DNA of 64,000 nt, from positions 96,001 to 160,000 of the IMG/VR virus record IMGVR_UViG_3300036766_002288; one strand, written 5' to 3'. The notes beneath the pieces were generated by a model that did no database searches, had not been told where the DNA came from, and saw only the letters and a program-made list of their open reading frames with translations. Positions 54,857 to 63,167 of this stretch are shown in pieces (the first letter of the stretch is position 1; each line of letters starts with the position of its first letter). This DNA comes from a virus. The position numbers and the translations under genes are program-made.

Positions 54857-55129
54857 ATGAAGACATTGAAAGAATTCCTTGATGATGCAAGGCAAAGTTT
54901 TGCTTCTCCACAGGCAGAGAAGTATTCTCCTCAAACTCTAAGCCCGATCCATTTTTCCGCACAATTCCCAGGTGAAGCTGCGGCATACAAAGCCGCATTT
55001 GAAGAATTTTTAAAATATTACGGGAAGGATAGCCGAAGGGCAGACCATTTTGGCAGTATGTTGCATGATGCCCTTGTCAAAAGAAACACAGCAATGTTGC
55101 ATATGTGGTATAATATTCACAAGAATTAA
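54857..55129 (+). CDS. Hypothetical protein with CTS-like N-terminus
   Basis: MKTLKEFLDD start; TAAATA at 54846. Confidence 0.6.
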   Translation: MKTLKEFLDDARQSFASPQAEKYSPQTLSPIHFSAQFPGEAAAYKAAFEEFLKYYGKDSRRADHFGSMLHDALVKRNTAMLHMWYNIHKN

Positions 55130-55192
55130 CTTGTTTTAATCTTGTGAATTTGCTATTGTTCATGAACTTTCCATTCAATTCAAGAGGGTCAA

Positions 55193-55807
55193 ATGCGTAA
55201 ACTTTTTGCTGCACTTTTTGTGCTAGTATTGTTCTCTGCGCCTGCATATTCACAAATACAACTAAAATTAGAAGACTGTGTTTCAAATGAAACACATGAC
55301 GGCGGTGGCTATTGTGCTTGGTGTTGCATTGAAACATTAGGCAGGCATCATAAAATCAAATCACTTTATGGGCTAAAAGATAAACGTTCATATGAATCAG
55401 ATTTCAAAACTTGGGATGCGAAGAACAAGAAGTGGATTATTGAACCATATGTTTGGGTGGATCATGGCAATTATAAAGAGAAAGTGCATCGCGGTCCAGG
55501 TGATTATACAGCCATGAAACAAAAATTAGATGCGGCGAATGTAAAATACCGAATTCAAGAAACTGGCATTTTCAAAACCGACATTATCAAGTATGCTGTC
55601 AAAGACAAGTTCGGCTGCATGATTGTTGTCAACAACTGGTCTGGCAATAGTCCTACCGTCCCACATGCAGTCTGTATTCAGGATTATGATGATGATAAAT
55701 TGGTGATTTTTGACCCCAATGATCTTGAACATAATTACCATATTACATGGAATTGGTTTAGGTCACATTGGACTGGCTACGTTCTAGTTGTAGAAGGAAG
55801 TAAATGA
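55193..55807 (+). CDS. Secreted papain-fold (C39-like) cysteine peptidase
   Basis: Signal peptide ending AYS; GYCAWCC, PHAV, IFDPN. Confidence 0.65.
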   Translation: MRKLFAALFVLVLFSAPAYSQIQLKLEDCVSNETHDGGGYCAWCCIETLGRHHKIKSLYGLKDKRSYESDFKTWDAKNKKWIIEPYVWVDHGNYKEKVHRGPGDYTAMKQKLDAANVKYRIQETGIFKTDIIKYAVKDKFGCMIVVNNWSGNSPTVPHAVCIQDYDDDKLVIFDPNDLEHNYHITWNWFRSHWTGYVLVVEGSK

Positions 55808-56952
55808 TGAACGCATTGCTTATTTTGTCTTTAGCATTATCTGCAACCCCACAAGATGTTGTTTCATTGGCAGAGAAGGACGGTCAGACCATAGCAGGGA
55901 CTAGATATCTATCTCTGCATGATATTGATGAGGAAAACCGCGAAGATTACAAATCGGTAGTGTCTTTCATTCTTAATTCCTTGAGTAAAGAAGAAGTCAT
56001 AACAGTCCCAGACTTTGTAGATGATGAAAAACTATTAATTAGATTCAATATTGAAAATTATAAAATAGCCAAATCAGGCTATGATTCTTTAGGTGTTGAT
56101 AAACAACTAGTATCCAATAAATTGAATAAAATTCTTCAATGTGAGAACCCTATACTAAGGGTCGAGCATTTCATTGTTAAGGCTTTATCTGCACAATCTT
56201 ATTATAAGTTGTTAGGAGTTAAGACTTTAGAGGAATTCAGACGTAGAGCAGGATTTAATCCGAAGGTTCTTGGGGAGCATGGGGTTGTGCTTGATAGTAT
56301 GGTGTGTGTTAATAGCCAGCAGATAAGACGGTCTCCGACTTTAACGGGATATATCTGGGAGGCAAGAGTGACTAAGCAAGATTATTTAAAGAATTTGCTT
56401 AGTGAAGAATTTGATTCTATTCAAGTTTTGGCATCTGGTAATAATGGGTTATTGTTGTATTTTGCAGCGGATTCTAAAGGTGAACTACAAGAATCCCTAG
56501 ATTGCAAATTAACTATGGACAATAGTGGAATCAATAGAGACTCTATTGTTCGTATTTCCAGTAGTTGTGTTGCATGTCATGCGAGTAAAGGCATATTGCC
56601 ATTTAAAGACGTAATTAGGGATTCACGTATTGGCGTAGTGGGAGATGCCAAATTGATGGAAAAATTGGCACAATTTTACGGTGCGGACTTTCCTTTCAAA
56701 AAGGACATGGCTCGCTATCAAAAGTCTCTTGCTAAAGCAACTGACATGGAGCCAGAGAAATTCCAAAAGGCGCTTATTAAAGTTTTCCAGAATTACCACA
56801 GTGATTTGACATTTAAACAAGTGGCGAAGTATCTTGGTAAATCAGAGCAGGAACTTACGAGATTGTGCAAGGATAACACGGACATATACTGGATTAAGTT
56901 GTTGTTGGATGGTAAGATAAGTAGGTCTAGATTCAACGAAATATTAGAATAA
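55804..56952 (+). CDS. Secreted protein with a CxxCH haem-c motif
   Basis: Signal peptide; NNGLLLYFAAD..G and SSCVACHASKG..P.KD.IR. Confidence 0.6.
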   Translation: MMNALLILSLALSATPQDVVSLAEKDGQTIAGTRYLSLHDIDEENREDYKSVVSFILNSLSKEEVITVPDFVDDEKLLIRFNIENYKIAKSGYDSLGVDKQLVSNKLNKILQCENPILRVEHFIVKALSAQSYYKLLGVKTLEEFRRRAGFNPKVLGEHGVVLDSMVCVNSQQIRRSPTLTGYIWEARVTKQDYLKNLLSEEFDSIQVLASGNNGLLLYFAADSKGELQESLDCKLTMDNSGINRDSIVRISSSCVACHASKGILPFKDVIRDSRIGVVGDAKLMEKLAQFYGADFPFKKDMARYQKSLAKATDMEPEKFQKALIKVFQNYHSDLTFKQVAKYLGKSEQELTRLCKDNTDIYWIKLLLDGKISRSRFNEILE

Positions 56953-57007
56953 CTCCATTATATTAGCATTACTTCACTACTATATAGTGATGCTAATATA
57001 ATGGAGT
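56952..57007 (+). promoter_or_regulatory. 18-bp hairpin sequestering the RBS of the HNH gene, ACTATATA in the loop
   Basis: ACTCCATTATATTAGCAT / ATGCTAATATAATGGAGT; GGAG inside the 3' arm; ATG at 57009. Confidence 0.8.
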
Positions 57008-57008
57008 A

Positions 57009-57668
57009 ATGATGTTAATTAGTGATAGGTCTGTAGATGGTAAACTTATAGAGGATTTGACGCCTTCTAGTGAAAGAAGAGTATTGGCAAAGTGCGACAA
57101 ATGTGGGATTGTAAAGGAGTTAATATATGCTAATTACTCTCGGTCACAGGTTAAGAATGGATATAATGGACTGACATATTGCAGGAAGTGTGTAACTCAA
57201 TTCAATGGTATAAAACGTCGTGGTAAAGTGCCCCATAATAAAGGCAAGAAACTAAAAGCCGAACAAAAAGGTGTAAATCATCCAAGTTGGAAAGGTGGAA
57301 AGTATGTTGATGGCAACGGATATGTAATGGTTTACATTGGTGATAATAGTTCAGAAATTGGGTGGAACTCCTACAGGAAAGAGCATACAATTGTTGTTGA
57401 AGACTTTTTGAATAGGAAGTTGGCCGTAGATGAGGTGATTCACCATATTGATGGTGATAAAACAGAAAACCAAATAGAAAATTTATGGCTGACAGATGGG
57501 GTTGGGCATAGAAAAGCACATAATTCTTTGCAGAATATTGGGTATGTTCTTTACAAAAAAGGCATAATAGGTTTTGATAAAACTCAAGGTTTTTATTTTT
57601 TGAAGGATAATCATGAGAATTTTGAAAGCTCCGAAGGTTTACTTGGTTGCTCGTCCTCAGATTGTTGA
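57009..57668 (+). mobile_element. HNH homing endonuclease with Zn ribbon
   Basis: CDKC...CRKC, HPSWKGG, EH..V..L.RKL..DEVIHHIDGDKTENQIENL. Confidence 0.85.
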
Positions 57669-58488
57669 AGAAGGTCTAAACGATTTTCTGAAAGATCAAA
57701 AACTTGATTGGCCTACTCCCACCGAAGGTGTGAAGGGTGCAGAGCGTTTGGTGGAGTTATCTGGCCGCTGTTGTTATATGTCTTTTGGAAAAAAGGCAGG
57801 CAGTAAGACCAATAGGAAGTATATCCAAAATCTACTTGGCAGAGAAGAAGATGGAAGTTTTAAGCCAGGCCCTGCACATGGCTCTGTTTGTGAACATCCT
57901 TGTTGGAGTTTCTTAATTGTAGGTGCAGGACGTGGATTTACTCATGAGCAAGTAAGGCATCGGACGGGGTGGGCATATTCACAGCTTAGTACACGTTACT
58001 GTGATTTTGAAAGAGAAGAGGAAGAAGGAACTTGGGAGCCTGGTTTCTGTGTGCCACCTCTTGCTCAATTAAGCGAAGAAGCGACAATCGCATTTAATGA
58101 AAAAATCAAAAAGAGCCAACAGGCTTATTGCGAATTATTAGCTTTAATTGAGAATGATTTAAAAAATAGCAAACTCTTTATGGATACTCTTTCTGGATAT
58201 GAGGAAAGGGAGCGTAAGAGGATGTTAAGGAAAGCTGCCCGTGGTGCAGCGAGAGATATCTTACCGATTGCCACTGAAGCAATCATGGTCATGAGTGCTA
58301 ATGCTAGGGCTATATGGAACTGCATTTATCTTCGTGCTAATGAACATGCGGAAGCGGTGATAAGAGATATATATGTTCAGATAGCAAAGATAATGGAAGC
58401 CGAGATGCCAGCATTATTCAACAATATCAAGTATGAGAAGTGTTGGGACGGTAGTGAAGTTGTTATCATGCCTAGAGATAAATTATAG
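57613..58488 (+). CDS. thyX: Flavin-dependent thymidylate synthase
   Basis: HGSVCEH, RGFTHEQVRHR..YSQLSTRY, ARDILP. Confidence 0.92.
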   Translation: MRILKAPKVYLVARPQIVEEGLNDFLKDQKLDWPTPTEGVKGAERLVELSGRCCYMSFGKKAGSKTNRKYIQNLLGREEDGSFKPGPAHGSVCEHPCWSFLIVGAGRGFTHEQVRHRTGWAYSQLSTRYCDFEREEEEGTWEPGFCVPPLAQLSEEATIAFNEKIKKSQQAYCELLALIENDLKNSKLFMDTLSGYEERERKRMLRKAARGAARDILPIATEAIMVMSANARAIWNCIYLRANEHAEAVIRDIYVQIAKIMEAEMPALFNNIKYEKCWDGSEVVIMPRDKL

Positions 58489-58498
58489 GAGTCAAAAC

Positions 58499-58675
58499 AT
58501 GGAAAGAGAAACTTTTAGCAGACTTGAAGAAGAAATTGATTATTATGCCTACAATTCTAGAGAGAAGACCATAGCAAAGGCTATAAGAAGAGGCATGTAT
58601 TCTGGGATACTTATAGGTTTCATTGCTGGTATGACTGTTGCTATTTACATGATGCTTTATGCTTGGAGAATTTGA
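58499..58675 (+). CDS. Small membrane protein
   Basis: AGGAG RBS; C-terminal TM helix. Confidence 0.5.
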   Translation: MERETFSRLEEEIDYYAYNSREKTIAKAIRRGMYSGILIGFIAGMTVAIYMMLYAWRI

Positions 58676-59133
58676 TTATGAGTTGGCTTAAACAACAAAA
58701 GAAAAAATTTGATGAACGAGATGCCGAAATAGAGGAAGAAAGAAAGAAAGAAAAAACTAATAGCATTGCGAGGCAAGTGGCAGCGATTTCAGAGTTAAAA
58801 TCGTTTGTTAATAATAATTTGAAAGAATTGGTCGGTAAAAAAACCAAGGATGGCAACAAGATCAGTATCAAATGGGATGAAAACCTAGTAACATTAATGG
58901 CTGGCAAAGAGCCATTAATGGAACTGTATTTTACTTCAAGGGAGGAAGAGGATACTGATAGGGATGGTTATTCATGTGGTAATGGTAAATATTATACTAG
59001 TAAACAAGTGAAGTATCATCGTGAATGGCCGTGTAAAGGTTATGCAATGTGCAAGGGTGGATCATATTCTGGAATGGAATCATTTAATGAAGATAGAGTA
59101 GCAGAGTATTTGCTTAAATTTATCAATGTATAA
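58663..59133 (+). CDS. Hypothetical protein
   Basis: 156-aa ORF; GGAG upstream. Confidence 0.55.
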   Translation: MENLIMSWLKQQKKKFDERDAEIEEERKKEKTNSIARQVAAISELKSFVNNNLKELVGKKTKDGNKISIKWDENLVTLMAGKEPLMELYFTSREEEDTDRDGYSCGNGKYYTSKQVKYHREWPCKGYAMCKGGSYSGMESFNEDRVAEYLLKFINV

Positions 59134-59145
59134 CTATTTTAGGGG

Positions 59146-59619
59146 ATGAATACATTATTATTTTGTTTACTATTACAGAATCCTATGATTGACCTAGTGA
59201 AAGAAGGAAAAGTAGCCACCTTGTCAACAACTTATGACAAGGTGGCTTTTGGTTCGTTATCACCATACGTTTTAGACAGTAAGGGCAATCCAGTTATTTT
59301 TGTAAGTGACATGGCACTTCATACGAAGAACCTTAAAAAAGACCCAAAATGTAGTTTGATGATTGCCAAGTTAAGTAAAGACGACATTTTTAACAGTGCT
59401 AGGATTACTTTTGTTGGTAAGATGGTCAAGGTGCCAGATAAGGAATTAGACGTAATTAGAAAGATTTATCTGGAAAAATACCCTGCTGCTAAGAACTTTG
59501 TTGAACTTGAAGACTTCGCTTTTTATAGATTAGAAATAGACAAGATTTATTGGGTCGGCGGGTTTGGTGATATAGAATGGATTGATGTTAAGGAGTACTT
59601 AGAGAATTTCAATGAATAA
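59146..59619 (+). CDS. Pyridoxamine 5'-phosphate oxidase-like split barrel (HugZ/HutZ family)
   Basis: ATLST, FGS..PY, VS..ALHTKNL..DP.CSL, RITF.G, DF.FYRL, VGGFG. Confidence 0.8.
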   Translation: MNTLLFCLLLQNPMIDLVKEGKVATLSTTYDKVAFGSLSPYVLDSKGNPVIFVSDMALHTKNLKKDPKCSLMIAKLSKDDIFNSARITFVGKMVKVPDKELDVIRKIYLEKYPAAKNFVELEDFAFYRLEIDKIYWVGGFGDIEWIDVKEYLENFNE

Positions 59620-59863
59620 AGATGCCGAAGAAATATTGCGTTTATACGAAACGTGCTATGCATACAATGAGTCTTTTAATTTTTACTATAAGCAAACGAT
59701 GCCAAGATGTGAGTGTGAGGAATTTATAACAAGAAGAAATGTATGTAAAGGCGGTCATTGGGTTGTGCGACGTAAAATAGTCTATCAAGAGCATTTCGAG
59801 TTATTAAAAGATAAAATTTGTGCGGGGGATGGGAGTGAATTGTATACATATGGACCTGATTAA
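59612..59863 (+). CDS. Hypothetical protein
   Basis: 83-aa ORF. Confidence 0.4.
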   Translation: MNKDAEEILRLYETCYAYNESFNFYYKQTMPRCECEEFITRRNVCKGGHWVVRRKIVYQEHFELLKDKICAGDGSELYTYGPD

Positions 59864-61235
59864 TGAATTTTCTAACCGTTTGCAAGAAAATAAAAGGTCT
59901 ATATTTATTCATGTGATTGGCGACTCGATGTTGGATCAGGATTATAGAGTTAATACTAATCGTATCTCCCCAGAATGTCCTAATGTAAATGTCCTCCAAT
60001 CACCAGATGATAAGCCATTTAGACAATTCCCAGGTGGTGCGGCTAATGTCTGCTATCAGCTAAGCAATTTCAATGTAATTTGTCGTTTATTCTCCTTCAT
60101 AGATGAAGAAGCCTACCAAATCATCAGGGATAAGGGTGTTAAATATTGGGGGTTAGTGGGACTTCCACATGGTTATTTTGTGCCAAGGAAGAAGCGTTTC
60201 TATGCTCAAGGATTTCAAGTAGTCTCTAGGTGGGATATAGAAAGGACTAATTATGGTATCGAATTTTTGGGAAACTTACAGAGTGAATTGCTCGATACTT
60301 GGCAAGTGTTCCAGGCAGAGCCAGATGTTATCATATTTTCCGATTATGATAAAGGTGTATTCAATAATTTTAGCATTAGCAGGATTAAGACTAATGCAAT
60401 CACGATTGTAGACCCTAAAGCCGCTCCATTAGAGCGGTGGAAAGGTTGCACGGTTTTCAAACCAAACAGTAAGGAAGCACGCGACCTGAGCGGTAAACAA
60501 GATTGGAAATCTCAGTGCGAATATTTCCAGCAAGTATTAGGCTGTAAGGTTGTAATTATAACCCAAGCAGGGGACGGCATTGTTGGTAAGACCGATGATT
60601 ATTTCGAGTATAGACCTAAGCTTAATATTACTCCAGTTGATATCGTAGGGGCGGGGGACTGTTTTGCTGGCATTCTAGCATTAGCGATGGCAATGGGGTT
60701 TAACGCTGAACAATCTGCCATGATTGCTTTTCATGGTGGCATATTGTGTGTTCAGCAGAAAGAACGTGGTAGTTTTGGTCCCTGGTCATTTGGTAATAAG
60801 ATCGTTAAGAATGTTGATTTCCTGAAGGATAGAAACTACAAGCTGATATTCACCAATGGAGTTTTTGATTTACTACACACTTCTCACATTAATATGCTCA
60901 AATTTGCCAAGGCTCAAGGGGATAAGTTAATTGTTGCTTTGAACAGTGATGCTAGTGTTAAAAGGCTTAAAGGAGAGTCTAGACCTATTATCCCCTTAAA
61001 AAATAGGATGGAAGTTATTGCAGCTTTGGAATGCGTTGATTATGTAACCAGTTTTGAAGAGGATACGCCGCTTGAATTAGTCAAGCGGCTTAATCCAATT
61101 ATGGTCAAAGGCGGCGATTACAGGAAGGAAGATATTGCTGGTTACGAAGTAGTAGGCCAAGACAACATTATTCTGTACCCGTATGAGCAGGGCAATTCCA
61201 CTAGTCGTATCATTCAGCAAATGAATTCAGAGTAA
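59850..61235 (+). CDS. hldE: Bifunctional heptose-7-phosphate kinase / heptose-1-phosphate adenylyltransferase
   Basis: IGDSMLD..Y..N..RISPE.P, GGAANV, SDYDKG, VDPK, KPN..E, DIVGAGD; FTNGVFDLLH..H, VALNSDASVKRLKG..RP, KGGDY, STSRII. Confidence 0.9.
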   Translation: MDLINEFSNRLQENKRSIFIHVIGDSMLDQDYRVNTNRISPECPNVNVLQSPDDKPFRQFPGGAANVCYQLSNFNVICRLFSFIDEEAYQIIRDKGVKYWGLVGLPHGYFVPRKKRFYAQGFQVVSRWDIERTNYGIEFLGNLQSELLDTWQVFQAEPDVIIFSDYDKGVFNNFSISRIKTNAITIVDPKAAPLERWKGCTVFKPNSKEARDLSGKQDWKSQCEYFQQVLGCKVVIITQAGDGIVGKTDDYFEYRPKLNITPVDIVGAGDCFAGILALAMAMGFNAEQSAMIAFHGGILCVQQKERGSFGPWSFGNKIVKNVDFLKDRNYKLIFTNGVFDLLHTSHINMLKFAKAQGDKLIVALNSDASVKRLKGESRPIIPLKNRMEVIAALECVDYVTSFEEDTPLELVKRLNPIMVKGGDYRKEDIAGYEVVGQDNIILYPYEQGNSTSRIIQQMNSE

Positions 61236-61447
61236 TACTCACGTTTCGCGTCTGGACTCATGTTTTCTATTCTGGCATTTTCTTCCAATGTAGATTTAAT
61301 GGAATTGTTTAAGGCATCCGCAAGTTTATCAGTCATGTTTAACCAATAATTTTGATTTTTGCCTTTTGAATCCATAATGGTAAAACAAATCCTTTTACCT
61401 TTTACTTCAAATGAAACGCCAGACAGGTTTGAAGTGTAAATTTTCAT
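61214..61447 (-). CDS. Hypothetical protein
   Basis: 77-aa ORF. Confidence 0.45.
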   Translation of the reverse strand: MKIYTSNLSGVSFEVKGKRICFTIMDSKGKNQNYWLNMTDKLADALNNSIKSTLEENARIENMSPDAKREYYSEFIC

Positions 61448-61456
61448 GTTTTAATC

Positions 61457-61726
61457 TCACTTTTTGTCAGGTGGATGTTGTTGTCTTTTGCCTTGATCTG
61501 GTTGACAACAATCCTTGCAACAGTCTCCCGCACAATCCTTTGGACAATTTTCGCACTTGCATTCCTTGCAACAGCACTTTTTGTGATGTGGGGCTAATTT
61601 GCCATGATGCCAAACCATTGGTGCTTTGCCCGTAATTACATCCCAATGCAAATAGGTCTCCCAGCCCGCCCAAGCTAAAACAACTAAAGCGGCAAGGAAC
61701 GTAACTAAATTATAGATTGCTTTCAT
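61457..61726 (-). CDS. Membrane-anchored protein with a metallothionein-like Cys cluster
   Basis: N-terminal TM; HHKKCCCKECKCENCPKDCAGDCCKDCC; AGGAG RBS. Confidence 0.6.
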   Translation of the reverse strand: MKAIYNLVTFLAALVVLAWAGWETYLHWDVITGKAPMVWHHGKLAPHHKKCCCKECKCENCPKDCAGDCCKDCCQPDQGKRQQHPPDKK

Positions 61727-61771
61727 AAATTGACTCCTGTATAATAGGTTAATATTATTATACGGTGGTCG

Positions 61772-62053
61772 GTGAGAAAATCAAGGAAATACTCAAAACA
61801 ACAATGCATTAAGCTGATAGACAAAGAGTGTCTTTTCTGTGGCGAAAAAGAATATAAGTTGTTAGACTGTCATAGGATATATCCAGGTGAAAAAGGCGGA
61901 ACTTATGTTCAACGTAACACAATTACAAGCTGTGCAAACTGTCACAGAAAGATGCATGGTGGGCTAATCAGGGTTGTTGGGAAATATCTAGGCTCTGATG
62001 GCAGGTGGGTAGTTATCTATTTTGACGAGAATAATGTTGAACATTTGAAATAG
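61772..62053 (+). CDS. Small HNH endonuclease
   Basis: CLFC..DCHRI..GG.Y...N....CANCHRKMH. Confidence 0.75.
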   Translation: MRKSRKYSKQQCIKLIDKECLFCGEKEYKLLDCHRIYPGEKGGTYVQRNTITSCANCHRKMHGGLIRVVGKYLGSDGRWVVIYFDENNVEHLK

Positions 62054-62058
62054 ATAGT

Positions 62059-62271
62059 TTGATGAATTTCCGTGAATTTGCTATGAATGAGTTTTCAATT
62101 AGGGGTATCCAATACCGTCCTAATTATGTTCCTTGCGGGATTCCTAAAAAGGGGAAGAAGGGTGGCCCTGGTAGCATGAATTTAGCGGCAGTAATTAACC
62201 CTTCTAGACCTTACCAACCTACATTCAGAATGGGTAAGTCGCATGTCAAGAGTCAGATTGCGATGAAGTAG
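62059..62271 (+). CDS. Small basic protein with CTS-like N-terminus
   Basis: MMNFREFAMNE start. Confidence 0.55.
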   Translation: MMNFREFAMNEFSIRGIQYRPNYVPCGIPKKGKKGGPGSMNLAAVINPSRPYQPTFRMGKSHVKSQIAMK

Positions 62272-62461
62272 GTTCTTCTATGTAGTAGCAATATTGTATC
62301 CCTATGATTTTCGCAATATCATCATCCAAGGATGAACCGTTGCATACTGTTGGTGGGGCACCATGAGCTAAAAGGTCATTAATGATTTCTTTTGGGTCGA
62401 TTCCCATAGCTTCAGCTATTGTCTTTATCATCCAAGGTTTTTTGACTTTTAGCGTTATCAT
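62246..62461 (-). CDS. Stand-alone IF2 N-terminal-domain-like protein
   Basis: IKTIAEAMGIDPKEIINDLLAHG...NGSSLDDDIAKII matches the IF2_N pattern; AAGGAG RBS before ATG 62461. Confidence 0.6.
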   Translation of the reverse strand: MITLKVKKPWMIKTIAEAMGIDPKEIINDLLAHGAPPTVCNGSSLDDDIAKIIGIQYCYYIEEPTSSQSDS

Positions 62462-62651
62462 CTTCTCTCCTTTGAAAAAAGCTTTTGCCATCTCCACCTC
62501 TAGGTGTATGTAAGTCATTATTGGAGTCTTTTACACACCAATCAATAAATTTGATTACATCCGCATTGCTTTCATTACCATCAAATAACCAATGACAGTA
62601 TTTGGTTGTTAAGTGTTCTACAAAATCTTCGATAAAATCAGCTTGATTCAT
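62412..62651 (-). CDS. Hypothetical protein
   Basis: 79-aa ORF. Confidence 0.35.
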   Translation of the reverse strand: MNQADFIEDFVEHLTTKYCHWLFDGNESNADVIKFIDWCVKDSNNDLHTPRGGDGKSFFQRREDDNAKSQKTLDDKDNS

Positions 62652-62919
62652 TTTTGTGTAACTTTTTATAAGATTTCATTGCTTTGGCAAATGGTACGTT
62701 TCTAACTTTGCGACCTTTTCTATCATACCAACCTACGTGTTCAGGCCATTCACTATCATCTAACTCGCTCGATTGTATTTCCCACCAAGACCAAGTATCT
62801 ACCGCAGAGTCTTTAATAAGCTCAACAGCTTTTTCTACACTTGATGTTAAGTAAAAAACCATTTCGTCTATATGGTTTTCCGAAAATATTTCATGATGTA
62901 GGACAATGTAAATTTTCAT
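62638..62919 (-). CDS. Hypothetical protein
   Basis: 93-aa ORF. Confidence 0.5.
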   Translation of the reverse strand: MKIYIVLHHEIFSENHIDEMVFYLTSSVEKAVELIKDSAVDTWSWWEIQSSELDDSEWPEHVGWYDRKGRKVRNVPFAKAMKSYKKLHKNESS

Positions 62920-63167
62920 TGCATGTGTGGTTTGGAGATTTCCCAGGCTTTGCTAATATTTTCTTTTGCAACACGTAATGCATTAGATGCAGCTAATAAG
63001 GAAGAGGCAAGTAAATACCTTTCTCTAACATAATCCGCAATTGAGTCAGCGTAAAGCTCATTGGCTAATTTATCTAGAAATTCTTCTAGTGCATCGTAAC
63101 GAAGATGGGCAAGATCAGTGGCGAGTTTTTCTAAACCACCTTCATAATTAATTTCTGTATTGTGCAT
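62916..63167 (-). CDS. Hypothetical protein
   Basis: 83-aa helical ORF, coupled. Confidence 0.5.
   Translation of the reverse strand: MHNTEINYEGGLEKLATDLAHLRYDALEEFLDKLANELYADSIADYVRERYLLASSLLAASNALRVAKENISKAWEISKPHMQ

Noticed and set aside
56941-57668. Duplicated thyX 5' end upstream of the HNH gene
   Set aside because: No frame upstream of the HNH gene resembles MRILKAPKVY, unlike the cases at 4551 and 49445.
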